Notes: a model not told the origin generated them from the letters alone. Numbered from the stretch's first letter, positions 48,649 to 58,713 are shown. The stretch is 64,000 bases of DNA from Patescibacteria group bacterium (GCA_041666145.1 JBAYHK010000001.1:67810-131809); one strand, 5' to 3'. Numbers and translations: made by a program.

Positions 48649-49791
48649 ATGTCTCGTATTTATCTTGATTACGCCGCGGCAACTCCGCTTTCGCCTTCTG
48701 CCTGGATGGCGATGGAGCCATTTTTGTTAAATGAATACGGGAATCCGTCGAGTCTGCACTTAGAAGGCGTTCGAGCACGAAGGGCGCTAGACAAGGCGCA
48801 CGCCGTTGTTGCTGAGTGCATTGGCGCTCATGCCGACGAGATTATTTTTACATCTGGAGCGACAGAGTCAATAAACTTAGCAATTTTTGGAGCACTAAAG
48901 GCCGGTGCTATAAAAGGGAAGCATGTTGTAACTATCGCAACAGAGCATGCTGCGGTTTTGAATGTTTTTCGTGCTGCCGGGGCTGACGTTACTTTGGTTC
49001 CGGTTGATGAGTATGGCCGAGTATTGATTGCTGATGTTGTAGAGGCGATTCGTAATAATACTGTGCTCATTTCGCTCATGATGGTGAATAATGAGATTGG
49101 TGTTGTTCAGGATATTCATGAGATCGGGAAAGCGGTTGATGCGTGGAGAAAATCTAACGGCGCGGTGTATCCGTTGCTGCATACTGACGCGAGCCAGGCT
49201 CCAAATTATCTCGTTGTTGATGTTGAAAAACTTCACGTTGATTTATTGACTCTGTCGAGTCCGAAAGTTTACGGACCAAAAGGAATGGGCGCGCTGTATA
49301 TTCGGAGGAATTCGCCGTGGGAGTCGGTGTTTAGTGGTGGTAAGCAAGAAGGCGGTAGGCGGCCGGGAACAGAAAACGTAGCAGGAGCTGTTGGATTTGC
49401 TTCGGCGCTTTTGGAAACAGTGAAGATGCGCGAAAGAGAGTCGTCTCGTGTTTTTGCGCTTCGCGAACAGTTTATTGAAGGTCTTATTGCGATTGAAGGT
49501 GTGAAATTAAATGGAGATCGCATTCATCGTGTTGCGAATAATGTGAATGTGTCTTGCGCTGGGATTGATGCGGAGGAATTGGTGCTTCGTCTTGATGCTG
49601 CCGGGATTGCAGCATCGACTGGTTCGGCTTGTGGTCACGGCGATGAGCCAAGTCATGCGTTGTTGGCGTTAGGGCTTCCTCTTGACGATGTTCGATCGAG
49701 CATTCGTTTTTCGCTTGGGCGTTTGACGACAAAAGAAGAAATTGAGAAAACTATTAGCACCGTTCAGGAGATCATTGCCGCCATGCGGTAA
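48649..49791 (+). CDS. iscS: Cysteine desulfurase (IscS/NifS type)
   Basis: YLDYAAATP, FTSGATES, NNEIG, RPGTEN, ASTGSAC and SSIRFSLGR motifs. Confidence 0.93.
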   Translation: MSRIYLDYAAATPLSPSAWMAMEPFLLNEYGNPSSLHLEGVRARRALDKAHAVVAECIGAHADEIIFTSGATESINLAIFGALKAGAIKGKHVVTIATEHAAVLNVFRAAGADVTLVPVDEYGRVLIADVVEAIRNNTVLISLMMVNNEIGVVQDIHEIGKAVDAWRKSNGAVYPLLHTDASQAPNYLVVDVEKLHVDLLTLSSPKVYGPKGMGALYIRRNSPWESVFSGGKQEGGRRPGTENVAGAVGFASALLETVKMRERESSRVFALREQFIEGLIAIEGVKLNGDRIHRVANNVNVSCAGIDAEELVLRLDAAGIAASTGSACGHGDEPSHALLALGLPLDDVRSSIRFSLGRLTTKEEIEKTISTVQEIIAAMR

Positions 49792-49824
49792 GTTCGGTAC
49801 GCTCTTTCCAGTAATTTTTCTTCT

Positions 49825-50088
49825 ATGAAGCTTCGAATCGTTGTGGATCCAGATTTGTGTATTGGTGCAGCAAGTTGCGTGACTATTGCTTCAGATACTT
49901 TTGTCATGAACACGGAGAATAAGGCTGAAGTCATCGACCATGGCGAGGCGATCGGTGCTTCGACCAATGAGCGCACTATCGAGGTGACCGAAGAAGAAAA
50001 GGCGAACATTCTTTTAGGCGCTCAGTCCTGTCCAACGCTTGCAGTATCGATTTTTGATGAAAACGGAACGCAAATTTATCCGGCATAA
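49825..50088 (+). CDS. Ferredoxin, probably [3Fe-4S]
   Basis: CIGAASC ... SCP. Confidence 0.88.
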   Translation: MKLRIVVDPDLCIGAASCVTIASDTFVMNTENKAEVIDHGEAIGASTNERTIEVTEEEKANILLGAQSCPTLAVSIFDENGTQIYPA

Positions 50089-50091
50089 CGT

Positions 50092-51273
50092 ATGGAAAAT
50101 GTTGTCATTCTTGGCGGCGGCATTGCAGGAACAAGCGCGGCAGAAGAGCTTCGGAAGCTTGATGTTGATGTGAACATAACACTCGTTGAGCAAGAACATC
50201 ATCCGCTCTATTCTCGAGTCATTCTTGGGCACTATGTCATGGGAAAGGTTCCACGGGAAAAGGTTTTTTTGAAAACATGGGAGTGGTATGAAAATCAGCG
50301 CATTGATGTCATGCCAAGCGTTCGTATCGAGGCCATTGATTGTGTAAACCGCTTTGTGAAAACGAGCGAAGGGCGTGAGCTTCCGTTCGATGCTCTTGTC
50401 ATTGCAGCGGGAAGTGAGTTGAACACGATTGGTGGTGAACCGCGTGGCGTTTCGTATTTACGAGGAATTGATGATGCGGATGAATTGATTGCATTGATTC
50501 GTGAAGTAAAGATGCGGCCGAAGGAAGAACAACGAGCTGTAGTCATCGGCGGAGGATTTATTGCTTTTGAATACATCAACATTTTTGCGCACTTCAATAT
50601 TCCTTGTGACGTTGTTTTGCGCGGGAAAGGATTTTGGTCGCATGTATTGTCTGAGCATGCGCAAGATGTGCTTATGAAGAAAGCGAAGGCGAATGGCTTG
50701 GCTATTCATACGAACGTAAAAGAGTTTGAACTTATTGGAGCGAAAAATATCGAAGGCGTGAAGCTCGCCGATGGCACGTTTTTGCCAGCGGCGATTGTTG
50801 GCGTTGGCATTGGCACACATCCAGAAAAGTCGTTCTTTAAAGAACAGGGATTCGATGTCGAGCGCGGCATTTTGACGAATGAATATCTTGAAACAAAGTA
50901 TCCAAGTGTTTACGCGGTCGGAGATAGCGCAGAATTCTTTGATGTGCTTGCTGGTCGATCTGTTTGCTACGGAAACTGGATGAACGCGCAGATGCAAGGA
51001 AGAGCTGTTGCAAAAGCGATAGCGGGGGAGCGCTCTGTGTTCGAACTTGTTTCAAGTTATTCGACGAACCTTTTTGGTCTGCAGATGGTGTTCGTTGGTG
51101 ACCTTGATCGTGCCGCTGCTGAAGAGACAAAAATGATCAAGGCGACGGGCGATGCTTCAGTTGAGGTATTCTTGAGAGGAGGAAAAATTGTTGCGGCAAT
51201 TTTGATTGGAGACGTGTCTGAACGTGCTGCAATTACAGCGCAAATTCGTGAAAATCATTTTTTGCGAATGTGA
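50092..51273 (+). CDS. NAD(P)/FAD-dependent oxidoreductase (ferredoxin/rubredoxin-reductase-like)
   Basis: GGGIAG, VIGGGFIA and VYAVGD motifs. Confidence 0.9.
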   Translation: MENVVILGGGIAGTSAAEELRKLDVDVNITLVEQEHHPLYSRVILGHYVMGKVPREKVFLKTWEWYENQRIDVMPSVRIEAIDCVNRFVKTSEGRELPFDALVIAAGSELNTIGGEPRGVSYLRGIDDADELIALIREVKMRPKEEQRAVVIGGGFIAFEYINIFAHFNIPCDVVLRGKGFWSHVLSEHAQDVLMKKAKANGLAIHTNVKEFELIGAKNIEGVKLADGTFLPAAIVGVGIGTHPEKSFFKEQGFDVERGILTNEYLETKYPSVYAVGDSAEFFDVLAGRSVCYGNWMNAQMQGRAVAKAIAGERSVFELVSSYSTNLFGLQMVFVGDLDRAAAEETKMIKATGDASVEVFLRGGKIVAAILIGDVSERAAITAQIRENHFLRM

Positions 51274-51286
51274 TAGGATAATCCAC

Positions 51287-52351
51287 ATGAACCTCGATCA
51301 CAACAAAACATACGCAACGTTGGATGCTACAGACATCCGTTTTGGCATTGAACATTTGCCAGAGCAAATTCGTATTGCGTGGCACGAAACGCGAGAACTC
51401 ATTCTCCCGGAATCATTTCGTCGTGCATCGAATATCGTCGTTGCCGGGATGGGCGGCTCTGCACTTGGTTCGCACATGTTGGCGACTGCATTTTCTGATC
51501 GTTTGAGCGTTCCCATTTCTATCGTCAATGACTACCACCTGCCAGCATGCGTCACAAAAAAGACGTTGGTGATTCTGTCGAGTTTTTCTGGAACAACTGA
51601 AGAAGTTCTCGCATGTTCTTTTGAAGCAGAAAAAATCGGCGCGATGATTGTGGTTATTGCTTCAGGAGGTGAGCTCGCAAAACGAGCAACGAAAAAGAAG
51701 TGGCCACTTTATCAATTTGATCCAGGAGAACTTGCTCGTCAGCCGCGCATGGGAACGGGTTTTTCACTTGCTGGAGTGCTCGGCATTCTTGAGCGCGCAA
51801 GGCTTATGAAGATTTCAGATGCAGAAATCGACAGGATGGTTATTGCGATGGACGAGGTTATTGATACATGCGCAGTGGATGTTCCAGCAAAAGAAAATCC
51901 AGCAAAGACTGTTGCAAAGTCCATGAAGGATTCAGTGGTTTTTCTCATAGCCGCAGAGCATCTTGTTGGTGTTTCTCACATGTTTACAAACTGTATTCAT
52001 GAAACTGCAAAACAATTCGCTGTACATTTCCCGCTTCCAGAATTGAATCACCACTTACTTGAGGGATTGACGTATCCAAAGTCTTTCTCATCAAAAGCGG
52101 TTGCATTCATGATGCAATCGTCGCTGTATAGCGAGCGCATTCAAAAGCGCATTGTTGTGACAGCAGACTCTCTTGAGCGCCAAGGCTTAACGGTCATTGA
52201 TTACGAAGCGCACGGAACGGATCGTTTAGAAGAGGTGGGTGAAATGTTGCAGTTTGCCAGCTTTGTTGCGTATTACATGGCCATGCAAAACGGCGTTCAT
52301 CCAGAAGAGATTCCATTCGTCGATGCATTCAAGAAAGAAATGGCGAAATAA
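51287..52351 (+). CDS. Bifunctional phosphoglucose/phosphomannose isomerase (SIS domain)
   Basis: GMGGSALG, SFSGTTEE, QPRMG, ETAK and PELNHH motifs. Confidence 0.9.
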   Translation: MNLDHNKTYATLDATDIRFGIEHLPEQIRIAWHETRELILPESFRRASNIVVAGMGGSALGSHMLATAFSDRLSVPISIVNDYHLPACVTKKTLVILSSFSGTTEEVLACSFEAEKIGAMIVVIASGGELAKRATKKKWPLYQFDPGELARQPRMGTGFSLAGVLGILERARLMKISDAEIDRMVIAMDEVIDTCAVDVPAKENPAKTVAKSMKDSVVFLIAAEHLVGVSHMFTNCIHETAKQFAVHFPLPELNHHLLEGLTYPKSFSSKAVAFMMQSSLYSERIQKRIVVTADSLERQGLTVIDYEAHGTDRLEEVGEMLQFASFVAYYMAMQNGVHPEEIPFVDAFKKEMAK

Positions 52352-52400
52352 AAAATTCCCTCTCAGAAAGTGAGAGGGAATTTTTTTTATTTCGTCCTTT

Positions 52401-52492
52401 GTCATTGCGAGGAGGTAATCCGACGAAGCAATCTTGGTTTGTTCGTGTAAAGATTGCTTTCTGGCCATGCTGGATGCTGCGCTCGCGATGAC
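52401..52492. repeat. Palindromic repeat, copy 2
   Basis: GTCATTGCGAGGAGGTAATCCGACGAAGCAATC...GATTGCTT...CTCGCGATGAC. Confidence 0.75.
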
Positions 52493-52520
52493 GGATAAGT
52501 ATCTTTTTGTGAGCTAATAG

Positions 52521-52760
52521 CTACTTGAAAAGTTCGTCTCGTTTTACTTTCGCGATAGCGAACAGATAAATGATTTCTAGAATTCCCATCGTGTTTACAA
52601 GAAGAAGCACGATGAACCACCACGGCTGCTTTCGTTTTGCAGAGTGCCAGAGTGCGAGGCCTTTCCAGAAGAAGGACCACACAAGAAGAATAATAAATGG
52701 CCCAGTAATCGCAACCGGAAGTCCAAACCCCACGTTGAGTGACTGAAGAGTGTTCATCAT
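52521..52760 (-). CDS. Small membrane protein (DUF5652-like)
   Basis: WSFFWKGLALWHSAKRKQPWWF..LL.VNTMGILEIIY. Confidence 0.8.
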   Translation of the reverse strand: MMNTLQSLNVGFGLPVAITGPFIILLVWSFFWKGLALWHSAKRKQPWWFIVLLLVNTMGILEIIYLFAIAKVKRDELFK

Positions 52761-52855
52761 ATGGTGTAAGCATGCACTTTTTCAAAAGACTTGTCGATCA
52801 TGCATTCTTTCTCATTTGCATAATATAATGCATACTTTGTTCGATCTTTATCCTG

Positions 52856-54121
52856 ATGATTTTTATGAATTTTATTGCTTGGATACGCCGTTTTTCTCTT
52901 TCATGTTTTCTCATTCTTTCACTATTCGGATTCGCGGCCGCTCCGATGTCTGTCTTTGCAGTATCGCTGGAAGACGCTCGAATTGTTGACGCGTACTTTT
53001 TTTGGGGTGACGGATGCCCACACTGTGCAAAGGAGGAGATTTTTTTGTCACAGTTGGAGGATGAATATCCAACATTGGCAATGCATCGATTTGAAATCTT
53101 TTATAGCCGAGAAAATGCAGCGTTATTACAGAGTGTTGGGTCATTGCTAAAAAAAGATGTTACTGGGGTTCCGTTCTTGGTCATCGGTAATGAGTCATTT
53201 GCTGGATATTCAGAAGGATCCTCCGATCGTCTTATCGAGGCGCGTATTCAAGAATGTGCTCAGTCATTATGTTCAGACTCTGTTGCTGCAATTGTTTCGC
53301 CAACCGATTCTGCAAATATTCCACATTCGATTGACGCCGAACCCACACTCGAGCATTCGATAAACGATTCTGCGAGTTCGGTGAGCGTGCCTTTTTTTGG
53401 AGATGTTTATCTGACCGAGCTTTCGCTTCCGATTCTTTCGATTGTTCTTGGCGTACTTGATGGTTTTAATCCGTGTGCAATGTGGGTGTTGATTTTTCTT
53501 ATTAGCATGTTGATTGGAATGAAGAATCGTTCGCGAATGTGGGCGCTGGGCGGAGCCTTTATTGTTGTCTCTGCTGCGGTTTACTTTCTTTTCATGTCTG
53601 CATGGCTTGAGCTGATTCTTTTCTTAGGATTCATTAGTGCCATTCGAGCGATTATTGGCCTGGTGGCGTTGGTTGGTGGTGGATACAGCCTTCGAGAATA
53701 TTTTGTGAATAAAGAAGCGGTCTGTAAGGTCGGTGACGCGCAAGGACGGAAAAAGACGATCGATCGAATAAAGGAAATCGTGAGCGAACGATCATTTCTT
53801 GTTGCGCTGGTTGGCATTGTTGCGCTCGCATTTGCCGTCAATCTTGTTGAGCTTGTTTGTTCGGCGGGATTCCCAGCAGTCTTCACGCAGATCTTGTCGG
53901 AGAATGACCTTCCACGATGGCAATATTACGGCTACATCTTTCTTTACATTTTCTTCTTCATGATAGACGACCTCTTTGTTTTCTTTGTTTCGATGATTAC
54001 GCTGCAAACAACAGGACTCACAACGAAATACATTCGTGCCTCCCGTCTTATCGGCGGAGTTCTCATGTTGGTTATTGGTCTTCTTCTTTTGTTCCGTCCA
54101 GAATGGTTGATGTTTGGTTAG
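52856..54121 (+). CDS. Glutaredoxin-like domain fused to a DsbD/CcdA-like membrane domain
   Basis: GCPHC and GVPF; DGFNPCA and ELVCSAGFP within the TM region. Confidence 0.85.
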   Translation: MIFMNFIAWIRRFSLSCFLILSLFGFAAAPMSVFAVSLEDARIVDAYFFWGDGCPHCAKEEIFLSQLEDEYPTLAMHRFEIFYSRENAALLQSVGSLLKKDVTGVPFLVIGNESFAGYSEGSSDRLIEARIQECAQSLCSDSVAAIVSPTDSANIPHSIDAEPTLEHSINDSASSVSVPFFGDVYLTELSLPILSIVLGVLDGFNPCAMWVLIFLISMLIGMKNRSRMWALGGAFIVVSAAVYFLFMSAWLELILFLGFISAIRAIIGLVALVGGGYSLREYFVNKEAVCKVGDAQGRKKTIDRIKEIVSERSFLVALVGIVALAFAVNLVELVCSAGFPAVFTQILSENDLPRWQYYGYIFLYIFFFMIDDLFVFFVSMITLQTTGLTTKYIRASRLIGGVLMLVIGLLLLFRPEWLMFG

Positions 54122-54788
54122 CGTTACAATGTTTGCATATTCTTTCTCATCTTTTATGTCGCGATTCGCTTCACCGTTTCGAGATTATCTTTTAATGGAT
54201 GCCAATTGGGTTATTAAGTTTCTTACAATTTCTGACATCTTTCTCACCGGCGCTCGAGGATTTCTTACTCCAATCTTTGCAATCTTCGCGGTCGAAGCAA
54301 TCTCTGGAGCGACTGTAGAAACCATCGGTATCGGTACGACGATTTTTCTTGTAACAAAGAGTCTTTTTCAGGTTCCAGTTGCTTCGCTCATGGATAAGAT
54401 TCGGGGGGAGCGCGATGATTTTTTGATGCTGATTATTGGATCGCTCGTTTCCTCATTATTACCTTTGTTGTTTTTGGTCATGAAGACGCCGGCGCATTTT
54501 TATACAATTCAGTTTTTTGTTGGCATCTCATATGCGTTCATGTTCCCGTCGTATATGGCGATTTTTACTCGACATATTGATCGAGACAGGGAGAGCACAG
54601 AATGGGGAACGTATTTTACGTTGGTCGATCTTGGTTGTGCGATTGCGGCTGCGATTGGTGGCGTTCTTGCTGTTACGGTTGGATTTCCAATTGTGATTAT
54701 TATGACGTCAGTGATTTCATTTTTAGGAACCATTCTTATTCTGCCAATCAGGAAACACATGAGAATGCCGGAGAAGGCGAAGAGATAA
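54114..54788 (+). CDS. Half-size MFS transporter (6 TM)
   Basis: MFS motif A-like ASLMDKIRGER; about 220 aa. Confidence 0.75.
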   Translation: MVSVTMFAYSFSSFMSRFASPFRDYLLMDANWVIKFLTISDIFLTGARGFLTPIFAIFAVEAISGATVETIGIGTTIFLVTKSLFQVPVASLMDKIRGERDDFLMLIIGSLVSSLLPLLFLVMKTPAHFYTIQFFVGISYAFMFPSYMAIFTRHIDRDRESTEWGTYFTLVDLGCAIAAAIGGVLAVTVGFPIVIIMTSVISFLGTILILPIRKHMRMPEKAKR

Positions 54789-54847
54789 ACAAAAGCACAT
54801 CCGGAGAGCGGCGAGCCAGATGGCTCTTGCCGCGCGGATGTGCGCGT

Positions 54848-55585
54848 TTACTCGACCTCGACGACTTCGACCTCGACCCGTAGGTCTTCGAGGACGTCGT
54901 AGGTAGTGATTCGTTCTCCAGAAACTGGGTCTGTCCAGACCAGGTTTTCAACTCGTACCAACAGGCTCGTTCCGGGTGGCGTTCCCGTGCTGTCCCACGT
55001 GATCTTTACTCTGCGCTCTTCGATCGCAGGAACGGTTACTGTCGGAATCGTGATTGGACAAGGGGCCCCTGATCCATCGTCCCAACAGTATCCAATCGTC
55101 CTATCTTCGGCGCCGGTCATAATAGGGTCATTGCTTCCGAAGTTTTCTGGAGGCTCGAGAATTTCCATCGTGGCGCCACCGAGCATGCTCGGATTTTTCA
55201 TCCACGCATAGTCTTCCTCACTGGAGGGTATTTCTTTGTTCCATACAACCATGTAAGCATGATTGATCTTGATGGGGCCGCATCCGTCATATGACCGAAG
55301 GTCGAACTCGATCACGACGTCGTCGCCAGGGTTGATGGTGACCGTCATTGGGCTCATCAGGATGTAGGACAGGAAGGTGTTTGTGGTTACTCCCACTTGC
55401 ATTCCTTCGTCATCAAACTCTCCGTTCCAAACCCAGAATTCACAGTCTGCTGAGGCTTCGGTCTCGTCGACCGCCTCTTCATCGACAGTTTCTGTTGGCG
55501 TGACCTGCGCTGTGTTGGCGCTGGTGTCTTCTTGTTGCGCTGTGCAGCCCATAAGGAGGGCAAACAGGATTGTGGCAGTGGCCAT
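54848..55585 (-). CDS. Acidic putative lipoprotein
   Basis: Lipobox LMGC; SD AGAGGA. Confidence 0.7.
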   Translation of the reverse strand: MATATILFALLMGCTAQQEDTSANTAQVTPTETVDEEAVDETEASADCEFWVWNGEFDDEGMQVGVTTNTFLSYILMSPMTVTINPGDDVVIEFDLRSYDGCGPIKINHAYMVVWNKEIPSSEEDYAWMKNPSMLGGATMEILEPPENFGSNDPIMTGAEDRTIGYCWDDGSGAPCPITIPTVTVPAIEERRVKITWDSTGTPPGTSLLVRVENLVWTDPVSGERITTYDVLEDLRVEVEVVEVE

Positions 55586-55696
55586 GACTTCCTCTCTTTC
55601 TTGTTTTTGGCGATTATCGCCAGTGGTTAAATCGAACGGTGGAAACTAACAGAGAAGTGTAGCAGAAAATGTTTAAACTTTCAATGTTTCGTTCGA

Positions 55697-55846
55697 ATGC
55701 AAAAGGAGGAACTCAAAAAGTCTAAGAAGGCGATGACGTCGTTGCTCAATGAATTAAGAGAAGCGGTCAAGAAGCCAGGAGTTTTTGGTGGTGGATTACA
55801 GACAGCTGTTAGCGCAATCTTGGAAAGAAAAGGGAAGAAAAAGTAA
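55697..55846 (+). CDS. Possible 49-aa basic peptide
   Basis: MQKEELKKSKKAMTSLLNELREAVKKPGVFGGGLQTAVSAILERKGKKK, followed by a terminator hairpin at 55863-55893. Confidence 0.35.
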   Translation: MQKEELKKSKKAMTSLLNELREAVKKPGVFGGGLQTAVSAILERKGKKK

Positions 55847-56027
55847 TGGTTGTGCGAGTAATACAAAACGACTCAGTGATGAGTCGTTTTGTAGTTGCAG
55901 CGATTGTTGATTTCTTTGTAAGAGCGAAGTGATGCTACTTTTAGGGAATATGGATGCAGTAGTTTGCGAGCTGAATTAAAAATGCCGCCCGTCGTATGTG
56001 ACGACAAGCGGCAGTATGGGCGAGCTT

Positions 56028-56927
56028 TTATCCGCGATTGAGCCATGTGGCGCATTCGGGGCCGAGTTCACGTGTTGCCGTCGTTTCGTAGCTTGAGATG
56101 TCTTCGGCCGTAAGTATGTCTCGCCAGCGACCATTTGTACCTTTATGCATGAACGTTTGAGCTCCTCCGCTCCAGAGGGTGCCGTTGAGGGGAACTATTT
56201 TTGTGCCGTGTGACTTCATATGGTCAAAGCTGCAGTGCAACAGTATGGAATCCCACGAGGTTGGGTCTATCTGGATTTCTAGAAATTTCGCGACTTGATG
56301 GATTGACTTTGGGAGGTCAGTTTTCAAGTCGTGATAGTGAAGAAGCTGAACGTTCGGAAGGTTCCGGATGTCCCACCACGTTTTAACATTTTCCCAAAAT
56401 GGCCACCAAGGATGTCCATTCTTTTCGAGCCAATCCAGAAAGTATTGTCGTACATCTTTTGTTGGGGACTCGATTGGTGGTCCAATTCGATCTGGAGTGT
56501 CGTTGAGTAGGCTGTAATATGCTTCGTTGCCGCTAGCCTGGTGGTTGTGCATGCTCCACACCACATCTCGTCCGTCTCGAGCAATGTAGAGATACTTCAT
56601 GCACGGCGAAAAAACGAGAGCATCGACTGGCAGGTGGGTCTTCACAAAGCGACGGTGCGTCTGCGCTTCGATTTGTGCGAACTTTTCTTCTTTGGTTGGC
56701 ACGCGAAGGTCGATCCATGGCGACATGTCAGCAACCGGAATATCGTCGGCTCCGGAAAAAATGAGCTGAGCAACGATCTGTTGGAGCCAAGTGGTGCCAG
56801 ATTTGGCATACGACGCGATGCAGATATCGTCTTCTCGGAACGGGAATCCGTTCCACATACGAGAGTCGAAATGGTGGTTTCGGAATTCTCGTGTTTTTTG
56901 CGGCCAGTGAATCGAATTTTCAGACAT
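56028..56927 (-). CDS. PAPS-dependent sulfotransferase (Sulfotransfer_1)
   Basis: YAKSGTTW (5'-PSB), KTHLP, RDGRDVVWS (3'-PB) and KG..G.W motifs. Confidence 0.93.
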   Translation of the reverse strand: MSENSIHWPQKTREFRNHHFDSRMWNGFPFREDDICIASYAKSGTTWLQQIVAQLIFSGADDIPVADMSPWIDLRVPTKEEKFAQIEAQTHRRFVKTHLPVDALVFSPCMKYLYIARDGRDVVWSMHNHQASGNEAYYSLLNDTPDRIGPPIESPTKDVRQYFLDWLEKNGHPWWPFWENVKTWWDIRNLPNVQLLHYHDLKTDLPKSIHQVAKFLEIQIDPTSWDSILLHCSFDHMKSHGTKIVPLNGTLWSGGAQTFMHKGTNGRWRDILTAEDISSYETTATRELGPECATWLNRG

Positions 56928-57065
56928 CGGATCCTCCTATTTTGCGAAAGAAATTCGCTGAATGAAGGTACGCGAATGAAATCAGGATGAATTATTGATC
57001 ATAAAAAATATGACTAGTAAATCAATGCAAAACCCTTGACTGTTCGCGATTTGGCTGTCATAATT

Positions 57066-57785
57066 ATGATGACTATGCTCGGAATTTATTTGGCCAAGCT
57101 TGGCCTGCCAAAAAACACAACAAAAGTATTTGAATCATTGCTTCTATTGGGTGAAACAAAAGCTTCAGACATTATTAAAAAAACCGGCTTACACCGGCAC
57201 CTCGTTTATGAGGCGCTAAAAGATCTTGAAGCGCGGGGGCTTGCAAAACGTTTAGTCAGAAATGATGTGGCGCATTTTCGTATTCTTAGTGCAGATCCGT
57301 TGATTAAAGAAGCAGAAGATCGATACGCTGCCGCCACGGAGATTGCGAGATTGCTTCGCGAAAAGAAAGAAAAGATAGAAAGTACCGTCACTTTTTTTGA
57401 AGGAGTTGAGGGCGTAAACGCCTTTACTGAGCTTGTTTTAGCACAAGGACAAGATTTGGATGTTTTAGGCGGCAACGCTCGATTCAGACAGTTTTATTCA
57501 GAAATTTTTGATCACTGGAATGATCGCAGAATCGAAAAGAAGATACGTTTTCGAGTCTTGGCGCCTAACGAGGTCACCGATGCTCATTTGTATGGAGCGG
57601 CAGAAGTAATAATTCGACGATATGACGCTCGACTATTCCCGGGCGTGGTTTGGATTTTTGGTGATTATTTAGCGCACATTGTTTGGAAGACCAAACAAAA
57701 TACAGAGATCATTCTTATAAAGCAGCCAGATTTGGCCGAGCAGCATCGTGAACTTTTTTCTGCTCTTTGGAAGGTGGCGAAGTAG
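57066..57785 (+). CDS. TrmB-family HTH transcriptional regulator
   Basis: KLGL....KVFESLL.LGE..ASDII.KTGLHR..VY.AL..L..RGL; start approximate. Confidence 0.85.
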   Translation: MMTMLGIYLAKLGLPKNTTKVFESLLLLGETKASDIIKKTGLHRHLVYEALKDLEARGLAKRLVRNDVAHFRILSADPLIKEAEDRYAAATEIARLLREKKEKIESTVTFFEGVEGVNAFTELVLAQGQDLDVLGGNARFRQFYSEIFDHWNDRRIEKKIRFRVLAPNEVTDAHLYGAAEVIIRRYDARLFPGVVWIFGDYLAHIVWKTKQNTEIILIKQPDLAEQHRELFSALWKVAK

Positions 57786-57909
57786 CGGACGCTTGATTTG
57801 CAACAAAACGACCTATTAAAAGGTCGTTTTGTTGCCGAACATTTGTCGTTCTTTTTGTTATTTTAGCTCCGTGAGCGATCCCCAACATAGCGCTAAGAGT
57901 GAGGTGGGA

Positions 57910-57994
57910 TGGCGGTGCCTATGGGTTTAGTATCAGAATCTCGAGAGTTTTTTGAGGATTTTTCGAATCTTTGTTGAGCGACGATTTTGAGGCA
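57910..57994. repeat. 85-bp tRNA-Ser-mimicking element, copy 1 (att-like)
   Basis: TGGCGGTG...GGGTTT...TTTTCGA...GATTTTGAGGCA; aligns without gaps to 62070 and 63375. Confidence 0.75.
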
Positions 57995-58004
57995 CGTAGT
58001 TTAG

Positions 58005-58583
58005 TTATTTGCTCCTACCATTTTTTGACCGATAGAGGATCAGAATGATGCAGCAATTTGTAGCCGCCCAATACAGGGGAAAGGCAATCGATGAGATAGA
58101 CGGTGTCCGTATTGCTGAAAAACTTGTAAGGGCATTGAACAGGCCCGTGGTATATGCGAGCGGGGTTTCAGACTTGGGATGGGTCCATGCTTTGAGGACG
58201 GTAGGGGCTGTTGCGAACGCGTCACTTAGTATGGCAAATGTGATCGCTACAATCGGCTCCCGCGTGGCGTACCAAAGGATGAGCGCAAGAATGGAGCAAA
58301 GACCGCATAAGTAATCAAAGGTTTCTAGTCTCCAGTAGGCCTGTCGGTTCGTAAAAGATGCAAGCAGAACCAATGCGGCACTCGACCCAGAAATGATCGT
58401 AGGAAGCGCAGCCCAGCCGGCTCCATCCGCCAATGCAGCGACCCCAGCAATTAAGGGGGCGATTGACCACATTAGCCAGGTTACTTTGTTTGGCTTTGTT
58501 TTTCCTTGCAGCGTTTCTTTCAGGTATGCTGCGATACCGACAAGCTGGACGACCGCTCCGAGAAGTACAAGGTATTGCAGCAT
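58005..58583 (-). CDS. Multi-TM hypothetical protein (PQ-loop-like duplicated repeat)
   Basis: YLKETLQGKTKPN..TW and PTVLKAW.HPKSE internal repeats. Confidence 0.75.
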   Translation of the reverse strand: MLQYLVLLGAVVQLVGIAAYLKETLQGKTKPNKVTWLMWSIAPLIAGVAALADGAGWAALPTIISGSSAALVLLASFTNRQAYWRLETFDYLCGLCSILALILWYATREPIVAITFAILSDAFATAPTVLKAWTHPKSETPLAYTTGLFNALTSFSAIRTPSISSIAFPLYWAATNCCIILILYRSKNGRSK

Positions 58584-58713
58584 AGCGATTCTATTTTACC
58601 TCAACAAAACAACCCTACGGAGGGTTATTTTACTCATCACTTTTACTCATTGTTCGCGCTCGGAGCTTCGGGGGACCATCCCCCATAGCCCGACAAAGTC
58701 GGGCGACGGGGGA

